DNA of 63,591 bases, counting the filler, from Octopus bimaculoides (taxonomy: Eukaryota), in NCBI RefSeq assembly GCF_001194135.2. It is 4 parts of 4 records of this genome, joined end to end, with 100 filler letters (N's around TTAATTAATTAA, not from the genome) between each part and the next. Parts side by side here need not be neighbours in the genome. Positions count along the whole stretch, not along the records: positions 1 to 18,267 come from NC_068984.1; positions 18,368 to 38,543 come from NC_068982.1; 2 more parts are not named here. One strand, 5' to 3'. This document shows, piece after piece, positions 12,626 to 24,917 of the stretch; the stretch's first letter is position 1, and each line of letters opens with the position of its first letter. The translations under genes and the position numbers were made by a program. Below the pieces are notes generated by a model. The model saw only the letters and a list, made by a program, of their open reading frames with translations, made no database searches and was not told where the DNA came from.

Positions 12626-13344
12626 TGCTCTATGTCTTCATTCTAAGAATGTATCTTGTCAGTTACTTTCTTGCACATTCAGCGATAAAAAGCCAATATA
12701 AAGAACAGATCAATTTCTCATCTAACTTTAAACAGTCTCTTGTTTATAATTTAGCAGTTACAAAACTACAGAAATTAAGAGAATGTTATTCTATTTCCTT
12801 CCCTATCTCACCAATTTAGAAATTAATTAAGGAACTAGTTTATCATCTAATTTCTTTAAAACTAGTTGTCTCACATGGCGATATTGACAAGCTGCCCACT
12901 GAGAAAGTGTACAATCTGTTAAATGTTTCTAAAGTTGTATCCCATCAAATTCTATTCTATGTTCTTCTATTTAGTTTCTTTCCTAATGACTAACGTAAAT
13001 TCTTTTCGATATGTACCTTTACTTTCTGAGTTCAAATCTCGCTTAAGTCGACTTAGCCTTTTATTCTTTCAGGCTCGGTAAAATGAGTACCTGTAAATTG
13101 TTAGACCTAAGTCGTCTCGTATCGAGCAGATTTATGACTAAAGTCGTTCCACCTAGGATCAGTCCGTTTGTTTAGTGTTTCTAATGCATTCCGTTTTATA
13201 AAACCCCTGGGGTATGATTTTCAGAAAATTTTCTTGTTCTTTTTAGTAGGTTTATTTTCTATCAGTAAGATACTATAATTAAGTTAATCGCCTAAAATTT
13301 CTGGCTTAGTGGTAAAGTCAGAAATTAAATGTATTAATATAACA

Positions 13345-13530
13345 GAGGCGGTGAGCTGGCAGAATCGTTAAGACGCCAGGCAAAATGTTTCGCAGCATTT
13401 TGTCCGCCTTTACCTTTCATCCTTACAGGGTCGAAGAAATAAGTACACTGAGGTCGATGTAGTCAACTAAACTCCTCTGCCACCTGATCCAAAGTTTCGG
13501 GCTCTTTGCTTATAGTAGAAAGAAATATTA
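13345..13530 (+). mobile_element. SINE family A
   Basis: GAGGCGGTGAGCTGGCAGAATCGTT...CCTTTCATCC...GGTCGATGTAGTCAAC...TATAGTAGAAAG. Confidence 0.8.
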
Positions 13531-13822
13531 TGGGCATCAGTAGTTTGGCAGAAACAGTGTTAGATAAAAAAAATAAAGAGAGAGAGAGAGACTGAGTAAG
13601 TGGAGCAAGAACACACACGAAAACGAAAAGTGTCACTGAAGAGGTCACAGATGTGTGACGAAAGATTTCCGAACAATGGAAATAATAAGAACAGTAATAA
13701 ACGAGTGAAGAAAAAGTATATATAGTGCGTGTGTTTATTTGACCCAAAAAAGATCCTCCCGAAATACAATATCTGTTTGAACACACGATTTCACATCAGG
13801 AATCTTGCAAAACGAATTTATG

Positions 13823-13870
<48 letters not shown>

Positions 13871-13946
13871 TGTATGTATGTGTGTGTGTGGCAAATGAAA
13901 GACGGAAGATGAAATATACGAGAATTTATTATGTGTGTCTGTGTGT

Positions 13947-14015
<69 letters not shown>

Positions 14016-15380
14016 ACTACTAATAGTTTCATACGATGAAAACATCTCAGACAACGTTTAACACGTCTCGTGCCTCCACGCGATCTTTGGGCTGAGCCAA
14101 CATAGCATAAACAATGTCAAACACTTTTAGCTTGTTGGCGCGCTGAAGAACTAGTCTTGAAACTGTTTGATACCATCTCGTATAAAACAAAACACATGCT
14201 TCGTACGAAGGTATAAAATGTCCCTAAACTCTTCAACCAAAATACACGGCTTTGTACCTATACGACTTCACAAACAATATTAACGAGCGGAATATTATTA
14301 CCAGTATAGGACCCAGCGACAAGGTGCCACGATATTTAACTATGTTTATGTATTCAACCGCACCTAGATACTATAAGGCTTTCTCCCACCCACTGTTAAT
14401 AGAATAGTATCAGTAAAATATTAAGGTCAATTCTTGCTTTCGCAAATGTGTGGCCTTGTACCCAATAGGCAAATGATTCATTTCCTATATATATATATAT
14501 GTAAGGGACGACCGTGCGAACTCATAAAAGGAGATATGGTGACGAATGGAAAAACAGGACTCCTTTTATTTAAACGTGTCACACGGTCGAACATACAAAT
14601 ATATATCAAAGATGATATACATGATATGTTATGCGTCGATAACATAGATGACCAGTAATAAAAGACCACAACCGTATTAGATGAATAACAGATATATTTA
14701 TTGTGGCGTTAAAGATGTATGTCTGTGTGAGAGTGTGAATGCGACATATAAGAACATAATCAAAGACAGGCCGTCATACNNNNNNNNNNNNNNNNNNNNN
14801 NNNNNNNNNNNNNNNNNNNNNNNNNNNNNNNNNNNNNNNNNNNNNNNNNNNNNNNNNNNNNNNNNNNNNNNNNNNNNNNNNNNNNNNNNNNNNNNNNNNN
14901 NNNNNNNNNNNNNNNNNNNNNNNNNNNNNNNNNNNNNNNNNNNNNNNNNNNNNNNNNNNNNNNNNNNNNNNNNNNNNNNNNNNNNNNNNNNNNNNNNNNN
15001 NNNNNNNNNNNNNNNNNNNNNNNNNNNNNNNNNNNNNNNNNNNNNNNNNNNNNNNNNNNNNNNNNNNNNNNNNNNNNNNNNNNNNNNNNNNNNNNNNNNN
15101 NNNNNNNNNNNNNNNNNNNNNNNNNNNNNNNNNNNNNNNNNNNNNNNNNNNNNNNNNNNNNNNNNNNNNNNNNNNNNNNNNNNNNNNNNNNNNNNNNNNN
15201 NNNNNNNNNNNNNNNNNNNNNNNNNNNNNNNNNNNNNNNNNNNNNNNNNNNNNNNNNNNNNNGCTGTCGTGTGGTACACGGAACAGTTCTCAAAGAGAAA
15301 CTGGACCGAGACAAATTATTGGGTATGAGTTGATCTATATATAGCGTTAAGAGGGCTCCAAATGCCTTTAGAATTTTACT

Positions 15381-15582
15381 CCATCACGTGACCTTATTAG
15401 GGGCCGTGATTGGTCAGTTCGCGTTCTGGCGGGAACGGTTCGAAGAAGTTGCCGATTCGAATAATGATCAGTCACGTGATGGACAAGGAATGGGTTCTCT
15501 ACTACGCTCGCATTTATTTATATTTAAATGAGAAGATTGTATGTAATGGCGATAGTAGTTTGTATCTAATGGCGGGAGGTAG
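15381..15582. promoter_or_regulatory. CpG-rich promoter/enhancer-like motif cluster
   Basis: TCACGTGA E-boxes at about 15384 and 15472 as a 12-bp inverted pair, ATTGG at 15409-15413, TGGCGGGA at about 15427 and 15570. Function not shown. Confidence 0.3.
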
Positions 15583-15604
15583 TTTCACTACATATATATA
15601 TATA

Positions 15605-16104
15605 CAGGGTGCGTAAGATATTTGAGGACAGATTTACGTTTATAAAAAAAAGACAGATATAATAACAGATAATAACTTTATTTATCAAAAAGTGCAATGA
15701 GGATAAAAATAAACCTTCTTTTCTATAATGTTATTCAGCTTCAACAATTGCTTCTATATGAGATCTAAATCATCCAGATGCTCGAATCAAGTGGTCCTGG
15801 TTCATTTTGGACGTTACTCTGACTATAGCAGCTTTCAAAGAAACTTTGGTCTGATGGACACATTCATCGACTTCTCTCTCAACAATGCTTCACATGTAAT
15901 AGTCCAATGGATTGAGTTCTGGGGAATCAGGAGGGCAAATGTTAGGAGTTTTGTGATCATGAAAATTTTCAGCCATCCATGTCTGTGTTACTAGAGCCAT
16001 GTGTGATAGTGAAGAGTCTTACTGAAACAGGTATGGCCTTTCATTGCATACACTGTATATCCAGGGCTTAACAATTATTTTCAGGACCTCAATGTAGGTG
16101 GCAG
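15605..16104 (-). mobile_element. Tc1/mariner DD37D (maT-like) 3' remnant
   Basis: TA+CAGGGTGCGTAAG terminus at 15603-15617; minus strand reads KPW...PYLFQ*DSSLSH...TPNICPPDSPELNPLDYY; D codons at 16016-18 and 15902-04 give 37 intervening residues. Confidence 0.85.
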
Positions 16105-17249
16105 AGAAACACAAATAACACCATAACACCCTATGCAACATGATGACTAAAGATACAATGAGAGAAAAAGACAGTCACAAACAATATAATAAATACATAA
16201 GCCCATAAGTCCATATATATATATATATATATATATANNNNNNNNNNNNNNNNNNNNNNNNNNNNNNNNNNNNNNNNNNNNNNNNNNNNNNNNNNNNNNN
16301 NNNNNNNNNNNNNNNNNNNNNNNNNNNNNNNNNNNNNNNNNNNNNNNNNNNNNNNNNNNNNNNNNNNNNNNNNNNNNNNNNNNNNNNNNNNNNNNNNNNN
16401 NNNNNNNNNNNNNNNNNNNNNNNNNNNNNNNNNNNNNNNNNNNNNNNNNNNNNNNNNNNNNNNNNNNNNNNNNNNNNNNNNNNNNNNNNNNNNNNNNNNN
16501 NNNNNNNNNNNNNNNNNNNNNNNNNNNNNNNNNNNNNNNNNNNNNNNNNNNNNNNNNNNNNNNNNNNNNNNNNNNNNNNNNNNNNNNNNNNNNNNNNNNN
16601 NNNNNNNNNNNNNNNNNNNNNNNNNNNNNNNNNNNNNNNNNNNNNNNNNNNNNNNNNNNNNNNNNNNNNNNNNNNNNNNNNNNNNNNNNNNNNNNNNNNN
16701 NNNNNNNNNNNNNNNNNNNNNNNNNNNNNNNNNNNNNNNNNNNNNNNNNNNNNNNNNNNNNNNNNNNNNNNNNNNNNNNNNNNNNNNNNNNNNNNNNNNN
16801 NNNNNNNNNNNNNNNNNNNNNNNNNNNNNNNNNNNNNNNNNNNNNNNNNNNNNNNNNNNNNNNNNNNNNNNNNNNNNNNNNNNNNNNNNNNNNNNNNNNN
16901 NNNNNNNNNNNNNNNNNNNNNNNNNNNNNNNNNNNNNNNNNNNNNNNNNNNNNNNNNNNNNNNNNNNNNNNNNNNNNNNNNNNNNNNNNNNNNNNNNNNN
17001 NNNNNNNNNNNNNNNNNNNNNNNNNNNNNNNNNNNNNNNNNNNNNNNNNNNNNNNNNNNNNNNNNNNNNNNNNNNNNNNNNNNNNNNNNNNNNNNNNNNN
17101 NNNNNNNNNNNNNNNNNNNNNNNNNNNNNNNNNNNNNNNNNNNNNNNNNNNNNNNNNNNNNNNNNNNNNNNNNNNNNNNNNNNNNNNNNNNNNNNNNNNN
17201 NNNNNNNNNNNNNNNNNNNNNNNNNNNNNNNNNNATGTATACAAAAAGT

Positions 17250-17420
17250 CGACGAACTGCCAGAATCGTTAAAGCTCCGAAAATTTTTTCCGAGTATTTA
17301 CATTTTGTGTTCGAACCCCGTGGAGGCCAACTTCGCCTTTCAGCCTTTCGGGGTCGATAAAATACAGTACCAGTCGCGCATCGACTAACTCTTCACCCAT
17401 TAAAAAATTTGCTGGCCTGT
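17250..17420 (+). mobile_element. SINE family A
   Basis: GAACTGCCAGAATCGTT...GCCTTTCAGCCTTTCGGGGTCGATAAAATACAGTACCAG. Confidence 0.75.
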
Positions 17421-18267
17421 ACATAAATCATAAACACACACACACATTGATAAAGGATACCCACTGAACGGTAGAAGAGCTGAAATACATTCAGAATATA
17501 TTTTAGTGTTTCATTATCTACCTTTACCATTCTATGTATAATTCCTGCTGTATCACAAAATCGATAGAATACCAATCAACTACGAGAAAAATTTAATCAA
17601 CAATGCTCCCCATACAAAGGTCGTGTGGAAAATTTTAGAAATTAATATTGATTGACGTAATCAATAATATTATGGATTAGTAGAATCGGAGAGGCAGTGG
17701 ACGTAATTGCTTGCGATATTTAGTCAGGCTAGGCCCCATTAATTTCTTCAGTTCAAATTCTGCCGAGGTTCGGTTTGTTTGTTACTCCTTCGGGATTGCT
17801 ACACCAATAACTCCTAGATTTGTGACCTGGTGCCTCTGTCGTACTTTATCTCGGTTTGGAGCGTCTCTTATTTAAATTCTTGTGAAAGGGACGCATTCCA
17901 ATGGTCAGGCGGGCAGTTTGCTGCCAGCATCGTCTGAGTGGCGGATTAGGTACATCGTGGCTCCAAATGCGCAGATACGCTCTTAGGTTACGCCACTTGC
18001 AACGGTTTCTGGACGGTGAGTGTGTGTAAGCTCTGTTTGTGAGGCTCGTCTTTCCGCAGCTTGTCTCTTTGGCGGGGTTGCAGTCCTGGGTGAAGAAAAG
18101 ACAGAGACTGGGTGCCTGACACCTAGAATGTCCTCAGGCGCTCACAGTCCTCTACCAGTCGGGCAATGGGATCGGTGTATGTTCCGCTTTAAAAATTTAT
18201 AGAGGATTAGTAGCGGGTAAGTGCGACAAAATTTTAGGAGAGACTCTGGGCGCTGACAAGAAAGAAC

Positions 18268-18367
18268 NNNNNNNNNNNNNNNNNNNNNNNNNNNNNNNNN
18301 NNNNNNNNNNNTTAATTAATTAANNNNNNNNNNNNNNNNNNNNNNNNNNNNNNNNNNNNNNNNNNNN
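18268..18367. other. Artificial 100-bp gap (44 N + TTAATTAATTAA + 44 N)
   Basis: Identical layout at 38544-38643 and 61257-61356; the 12-mer has stops in all six frames. Confidence 0.95.
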
Positions 18368-18720
18368 ACTGGGTTCGACAGCCTGTGTACGATACACTAC
18401 TGTCCTCAGAACCTTATTTTCTTTAGTCTCTTTTGGGGGACACAATTTGTACGAGTCTCCCTCAACTTCTATCAAATTCCTGCTTCTGGTCACCTCCTCC
18501 ATATCCAACTTGATTAACTTAGTTTCTAGCGGCACTGGCTTCCTCACCGCAGTGGCTTTGGCGTAGCTCTCCATACTGGAGACACTACCACTTGCCATAG
18601 CTGGGGAAAATGCAGCAGCTCACGTGAAATGCAACCGTAATAATTCCACAAAAATCACAATTATTCACCGAGATAGTTTTCACAAAGTAACACAACAGTA
18701 TTCACAATAATTCACAGAGC
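18368..18720 (-). mobile_element. Possible LINE (L1/Tx1-type) 5' UTR and ORF1 N-terminus, cut by a gap
   Basis: ATG at 18598, open to the gap: MASGSVSSMESYAKATAVRKP...; GT-rich leader upstream. The GC-richer 17800-18267 segment may belong to the same element. Family assignment is weak. Confidence 0.4.
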
Positions 18721-19065
18721 CCTTATACCACGAAGCATTTCGACCGGCGTGCTAACGATTCTGCCAGTTCGCTGCCTTGATTTTTGTTCGTATATTATTA
18801 ACATGTCTGTCATTACTGATCACATCATTTTACTCCGTTTAAAATTTACCATTTGTCTTGTTTGTTATTTTCCTATGCATTTTCCTTTGTTCTGTTTCCA
18901 ACATCCTGGGGCGTTATGACTAATAAAAGAAATCATTAGATTTGCAGAATTATTAGAACGCGAGTTAAAATGCCTTGCAGTACTTGTTTCGAAGAAATGT
19001 GTGTTGAGTTCGAATCCAGCCGATTAAATAATGTACCAGTAAAATACTAAGAGCAAACGCCTGTC

Positions 19066-19416
19066 TTTTATTCTTTTACACGTTTCAGTCATTAGACTAC
19101 AACCATGTTGGAGCCCCGTCTTCAAGGGATTTAGTCAAACAAATCGACACCAGAGCTTATTTTTAAGCCTAGTACTTATACAATCGGTTTGTTTTGCCGA
19201 ACCGCTATGTTACGGGAACGTAAACACACCAACACCGGTTGTTAAGTGGTGATGGGGGACAGACACAAATACACACATACATACGACAGGCTTCTTTCAG
19301 TTTCCGTCTACCAAATTCACTCACAAGGCTTTGTCGGCCTGAGGCTATAGTAAAAGAAACTTGCAAAGGTTGCCAAGCAATGGGACTGAACCCGGAACCA
19401 TGTGGTTGGGAAGCAA
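19066..19416 (-). mobile_element. SINE family B (tRNA head + CORE-like segment + microsatellite + tail)
   Basis: GGGACTGAACCCGGAACCATGTGGTTGGGAAGCAA head and ACGACAGGCTTCTTTCAGTTTCCGTCTACC body. Confidence 0.85.
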
Positions 19417-19679
19417 AAATAATTGTTGCCTTGCATGTTTATATCGCCGACAACGTAGTATTTGGGTTCGAAAATACCACATTCCTATCTAATAATATAT
19501 ATTAATCTCCTTGTGAATAAAAATAACTGTAAAGTTTCAAGCTGTACTTTCTGTACTTTCTGTACTTTCTGAAAACATCAAAAAGAACATGGTATGTAAG
19601 CTATGTCAGATACTTGAGATCAACATTTATATTACAAGTACTTATTTGATCACGTCCACTGTTAGAGGTCGCACATCTG

Positions 19680-20100
19680 GTTTCTATTCACAGATGAAGC
19701 CATCTCACTTTACTTGCATTGTTAACGATATTAGAAGTGATTAACATGTCTTCTTTCTTTTTTCATCTGAGCCCTATTCAGACAAGACATATTTTTGTTG
19801 TGATTTGGCGCCAATTCAACCCCGACTGAACAGCCCCCCCAAAAATTCAAATTTTTTAATGGCCGCTACTATCCTGTCTTTTATTTTACACAGTCAATCC
19901 AGAACTATGTTACAAAATTTAACTTACCCTTTCTATGATAGTAAGGTGCGTATCGCGGGAAGTTTATCAGTTATTCCTAGCTTGTTGTGCACCCACACAG
20001 AGGTCCCCTGATTGTCTTGAGTGATCTAATTTATCAGAAAAATTTGCTGACAACCTCAAAAACATTAGTCCGACAACAATAATTCTCCAACACTGAGGTA
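19680..20100 (+). pseudogene. Very old Tc1/mariner transposase relic
   Basis: Scattered pieces FLFTDEA, VIW and QRSPD in the expected order, heavily frameshifted. Confidence 0.3.
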
Positions 20101-20749
20101 TGTATTATCATGTGTCATCCAGTGTTAAATGCAATGTGATTTATTATGATGATGAAGATTGGTCACAATGTATTTCAACACCATCAATCTATAAAATAAT
20201 TTCTTATAAATATAAGCTAATAGCTAAATTCTATCACCGCCAGACAATATCACAGTCATTTTGAAATTGGGCAGCAAATAGCAAGACAGATTACATTCAT
20301 CAAACAAGGTTACCGAGGCTAACATTAGGTTATCATTCTCGTGTACACTGATGGGCAACATATACATATATATCCGCAAAGAGGTTAAGTATTCCATTCG
20401 TGCAACAGACTTCTCTACCACCGATTCCCTTTATATTTATAATCAAATTTAAACCCTCACTCACTTCCACATTTATATTAACTTTTGTATTTCCCTTATC
20501 TTTCATTCTCTCACTCTCACCACTGCTTCTATCTTCTTTCTTATTCACCTCTGTTTCGTACATATAAACTCTCGTCAAAACATTGGCTCAGTTCCATTTT
20601 TTTACGTCAGCACGCTCAGGTTTCACTGAACCAAAAATAGATGCCACAGGGTAAAATGGCAACCAAAAGGAGCATTTGATGACTCATATTTATTTTTAGG
20701 GAGCCCGTATATCTGTAAAGTTGTATATAAGTTCTATTTTTATCTACAG

Positions 20750-20940
20750 CTCAGAATAAAGTGAGGGCAGAGTTGTTCCGATGCGAAAAGAACAGGCTGG
20801 AAAGAGATTTACAAGAATAGGAGATGACTCTAAGCAATCTAAGACGCAGTGGGAGAAGGAAACATAATTCTATAAACTTACAAGTCCTTGAGCAAGAAAA
20901 TTTATTATTTCCACGTATCAAAAGAAAGAATGGGAAATAG
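20750..20940 (+). other. Candidate exon-like segment with one in-frame TAG
   Basis: Acceptor TTCTATTTTTATCTACAG| followed by QNKVRAELFRCEKNRLERDLQE*EMTLSNLRRSGRRKHNSINLQVLEQENLLFPRIKRKNGK*. No homology recognised. Confidence 0.2.
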
Positions 20941-22203
20941 AGAAAACAAAAGCATTGAAAGTTACATTGTTCGAGATATATGCGCATTATGGTGGATATG
21001 AAGCATTCTAAAATAAAAATATTATGATGGCAGCCTTCAGCTCCTAAACGTCTATTCATGTTTATGTTTGTAAACATGGCAGAAAGACAGAGTTCTTTGA
21101 ACTGAAAGACGTTAAAAAATGTTTCGTTTGACAAAAGAAACACAATATCTGGTTATAGAACTAAAATTCTGACCTAATGTCACACAGGTTTATGACATTG
21201 ATTTATGGAAGAGGCTTAATCCCAAAGTAATAAATATGAATGCTTGCACGTACACAAACGCGTATATACATAAGCACGTGCGCATATGCAATGAGAGAAA
21301 GATTGTAAGGATATATGTACATATATTTATGTATTTTTGCAACTATTGGAATAAATTCATTATATATGGATTATGTATGTGCATATGCATGTAAGAAATA
21401 TATGCGAACGTGCGTGAATACATTCACGTACATTTCATAGTTATCTTTAGTGACAAACACACTCGTATATCTACACGGACACACACCACAACGATCTCAT
21501 GCACATATTGATATGACTTTTCTTCTTTTCTCCAAGCAAGTACACTCGTGTCACTCGTCGTTAAGTAGAACAGCCCAACATGCAGGACCTTATGTATGTC
21601 TTCTTTTACAGGGATAAAACTGGATCCACAGACAATAACAGGCTTTCCTAACAAGGACAAATCTGCTTTCAAAACATGTTTTCAATGATAATCGGAAATC
21701 CATTTTACTTCCTCTCTACTGTCAAAAACGTCGAGAACGTGAAGAGAGCGAGGTTATTCTTAGAAGGATTTTGTATTATTATAGATTGTAAGAGCGGGAG
21801 GTGTGCAATTCAAGTTCAATTCGCAGTTAAGCTCTTTCATTTAGTTTTGTTATCCTACACAAAATTTCTTCTTGTAGAGAAGGCTAGTTTATACAAGGTT
21901 AGCAATGTTGTGGCAACATTATACGAAAGCGAAATTTTATATATTGACCCAACACTTTATTAAAAACCATATAACGTATATAATTCAGTGTTACTTTTTA
22001 CCTCAAATCAGCTTTGATCTAACTATAACCATTTCATCTTTCTTTCTCAGCAATTCTTTCTCTGTAATTAACCTATCAAGTATGTTTGGTTTTTTTTTCA
22101 GAATAGTAAGGTGCAATTTGAGAAAAGTTTTACAACTATTTCTAATTAGAGGCTTCGTTGTTATCTTGTTTGAAGCTTTAGTTGTGCATTATTTGAGTTA
22201 TCT

Positions 22204-22417
22204 AAAGCGGCAAACAGGCAAAATCGTTAGCACGCCGGGCGAAATGCTTAGCAGTATTTCGCCTGCCTTTACGTTCTGAGTTCAAATTCCGCCGAGGTCG
22301 ACTTTTTGTCTTTCATCCTTTCGGGGTCGATAAATTAAGTACCAGTCGATCTAATCGACTGCCCCCCCCCCTCTCCCCAAAATTTCGAGCCATGTGCCTA
22401 GAGTAGAAAAGATTATT
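22204..22417 (+). mobile_element. SINE family A, young CpG-rich copy
   Basis: Close to the 3559 copy; 15 CpGs counted in 214 bp. Confidence 0.9.
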
Positions 22418-23342
22418 TGAGTTATCTGTTAGTTAAATGATATACCATAGTTGTCTAGTACTTATCTACTTTCATTGAAAACAACGAGTGTCCACACATC
22501 TGTGGATCCCAGCATATAGGTAAGGAAGCATATTGGACCGTGGTATATGATTCGGAAAGGGTTGCGAAGACAAAATCATTTATATCTGAAATGTTTGGCA
22601 AAATGTAAAATGTTCAAGAAAAATGTTACAGAATAGCTGCGTGAATAAGGCCACGTCTAAATAAATTTACGTGCTTATTTCTAATGAATATACATTTAAC
22701 CTTGCTAAATGTATATCTATTAAGTGAAGAAACACACGACCAGTTTCATCCAGTTATTACATGCTTGTTCTGAGTGTTTGTTTCATNNNNNNNNNNAGAG
22801 TGAGAGAGAGAATGCTGTGTTTATTTCATCTGGTCTCGAGCAGCAGAAAAAAAGATCACAGTTCACAGATGAAAAATGCAATGAGCAACAGGTACTCCTT
22901 TCAGTAATTTCCATACATCCACAACACACATTAACAATCCTACTAAGTTCGATTAACAGATTCATTAGAGCATCGAATAAAATGCCTTGTGATAATGATT
23001 CCATCACATTGCGTTCTGAGTTCAGACTCCGTCGTAGTCAATATTGCTTTTCTTCGTGTTCGATAAAATAAAGTGCAAGTCCAGTTTGGATCGACTTAAT
23101 TCCCTAACTCCTCCTCACCCCAAATCCCATGTGTAACCTTTATCTATATTAGAGATGCTTCATAACTGAAGTTCTGAAACTGTACTGTAATAGGCCGACA
23201 ATGAAAGAGTGTTGCTTGAGCTGAGAAATTTTGCTTGCATTAATTCCAGCGCCTCTTACTGATAAAGATATTGTTTCTTTCCAGGTAAACTGACATTTCA
23301 CTATTCCAAGAAGACTTCAAAAATAATTAGCAGCTGCTTCTC

Positions 23343-24337
23343 TTGATTTGGCATCGTGGTATTATCAAGTACCTGCAGAATAATGGATTAGCCCCCAACG
23401 TCATTCATTTTTGCATAGTCACTTCATTGAGGGTGGTATTCCAAATTTATCAACACTACAAAAGTGGACAGTTAAATTTAGGAAAGGAAAGTCTTGAAGA
23501 TGACCCAAGGTTTGAACGTTCCACAACTACCACTACCAAGGAAAACATTGATTGTGTTCACTACAAGGTGATGGATGATAGGGAATTTACTATAAATCAA
23601 ATAGCCACTACTATTAGCATATCCCGCGCGATAGTTGAGAATATTCTGCGCAATGAACTTGATATAACGAAGGTTTATTCTCGGTGAGTTCCATGTCCTG
23701 CTGACACCTGATCAAAAGCCCACCAGGCTGATCACATCACGGGAAAATCTGACATTGTTCCAGACAAATCCAGCTGGTTTCCTTGAACGTTTTCTAAGCC
23801 AGGATGAGCGTTGGCTTCATCACTTTAAGCCAGAGACAAAGAGACAGTCCAAGGTCGTTTCATCAGTAGACAAAGTGACGGTCTCAATGTTTTGGGATGC
23901 AAAAGACGTTGTGTTTATTGACTATCTTCAAACGGGCCACACCATCAATAGAGAATACTATGTTAACTTGCTGAGGCAGTTACAAAAGTCTACTAAAACA
24001 AAACGCCCAGGAAAACTGACGAAAGACGACTCGTTTCATCAGGACAATGTTCCAGCAAACGAGGGGTTAGTTTCAATGACTGCTGTGCGTGACTCTGGTT
24101 TTGAACGAGTTGATCACCCTCCCTATACTCCTGATCCGACCCCCATCTGACTATTATTTGTTTCCCAACATGAAAAAACACTTGGCTGGGGACCAGCATT
24201 ACAGTGATGTTGACGTCATGTTTGCTGTTGATGAGCTTTTTGCCCAACAGAATGAAAGCTCATTCGTCAATGGAATCCAAGCATTACAACACCGGTAGAA
24301 GACGTTTGTAGAGTGCAAGGACTGTGTCGAAAAATAA
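23343..24337 (+). pseudogene. mariner DD34D transposase remnant, same family as 5480-6692
   Basis: IWHRGIIKYL...LSQDERWLHHFKPETKRQS...VFWDAKDVVFIDYLQ...HQDNVPA...DHPPYTPD...VEK*; several frameshifts and deletions. Confidence 0.9.
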
Positions 24338-24883
24338 GAGAATCTTACATGAGAGAATCTTGGTCAGTATTGGAGGTGAGTCGTAAATAATTAACGTGTT
24401 CATTTAAGAAACATATCTTACTTCATTATATAAATAGAAACGGGTCACTTTAATGTATTAAAAATAAGCACTCTTCTAGCTAAGATGAGACAAAGGGAGA
24501 GATCCACCGTAAGTGGGTTATTCTTCTTTTTTGCATTTTCATAGGGAGATGGTAATCAAATTCAAGGACCATTTGAGCGGCACAAACCGTAGTCGGGCCA
24601 CTGAATATAAATTTATATTCAACACATCTATAAATACGTTGATTCAGTGTTACTAGAAATTCAGCTGTTTTATGTTTAGAATTTATTTCATTGATTCTTT
24701 CTCATAATCTCTTATGAGTAATTTATAGTTTGTTTGGAACATTTAAAGATCCATAGATCCAAATAGACTATAAAGAACTCAAAGTAACTTGAAAATAAAC
24801 ATAATACAAAGATCATACTAGAAATGTTTGTGTGCACGCGCATCTATGTATGTATATTGTGCTGTCTCTCTCTCTCTTTCTCG

Positions 24884-24917
<34 letters not shown>

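Noticed and set aside
14681-17244. Long ORFs of 184-365 aa (also 61894-62757 and 5079-5456)
   Set aside because: Made almost entirely of N gaps and dinucleotide repeats.
21612-21790. Strong acceptor followed by charged peptide QKRREREESEVILRR
   Set aside because: All three frames from that acceptor stop early; the charged frame needs a poor alternative acceptor.
5480-24337. Composite transposon formed by two same-family mariners in opposite orientation
   Set aside because: The copies are clearly diverged from each other, the second lacks recognisable TIRs, and several gaps lie between them.
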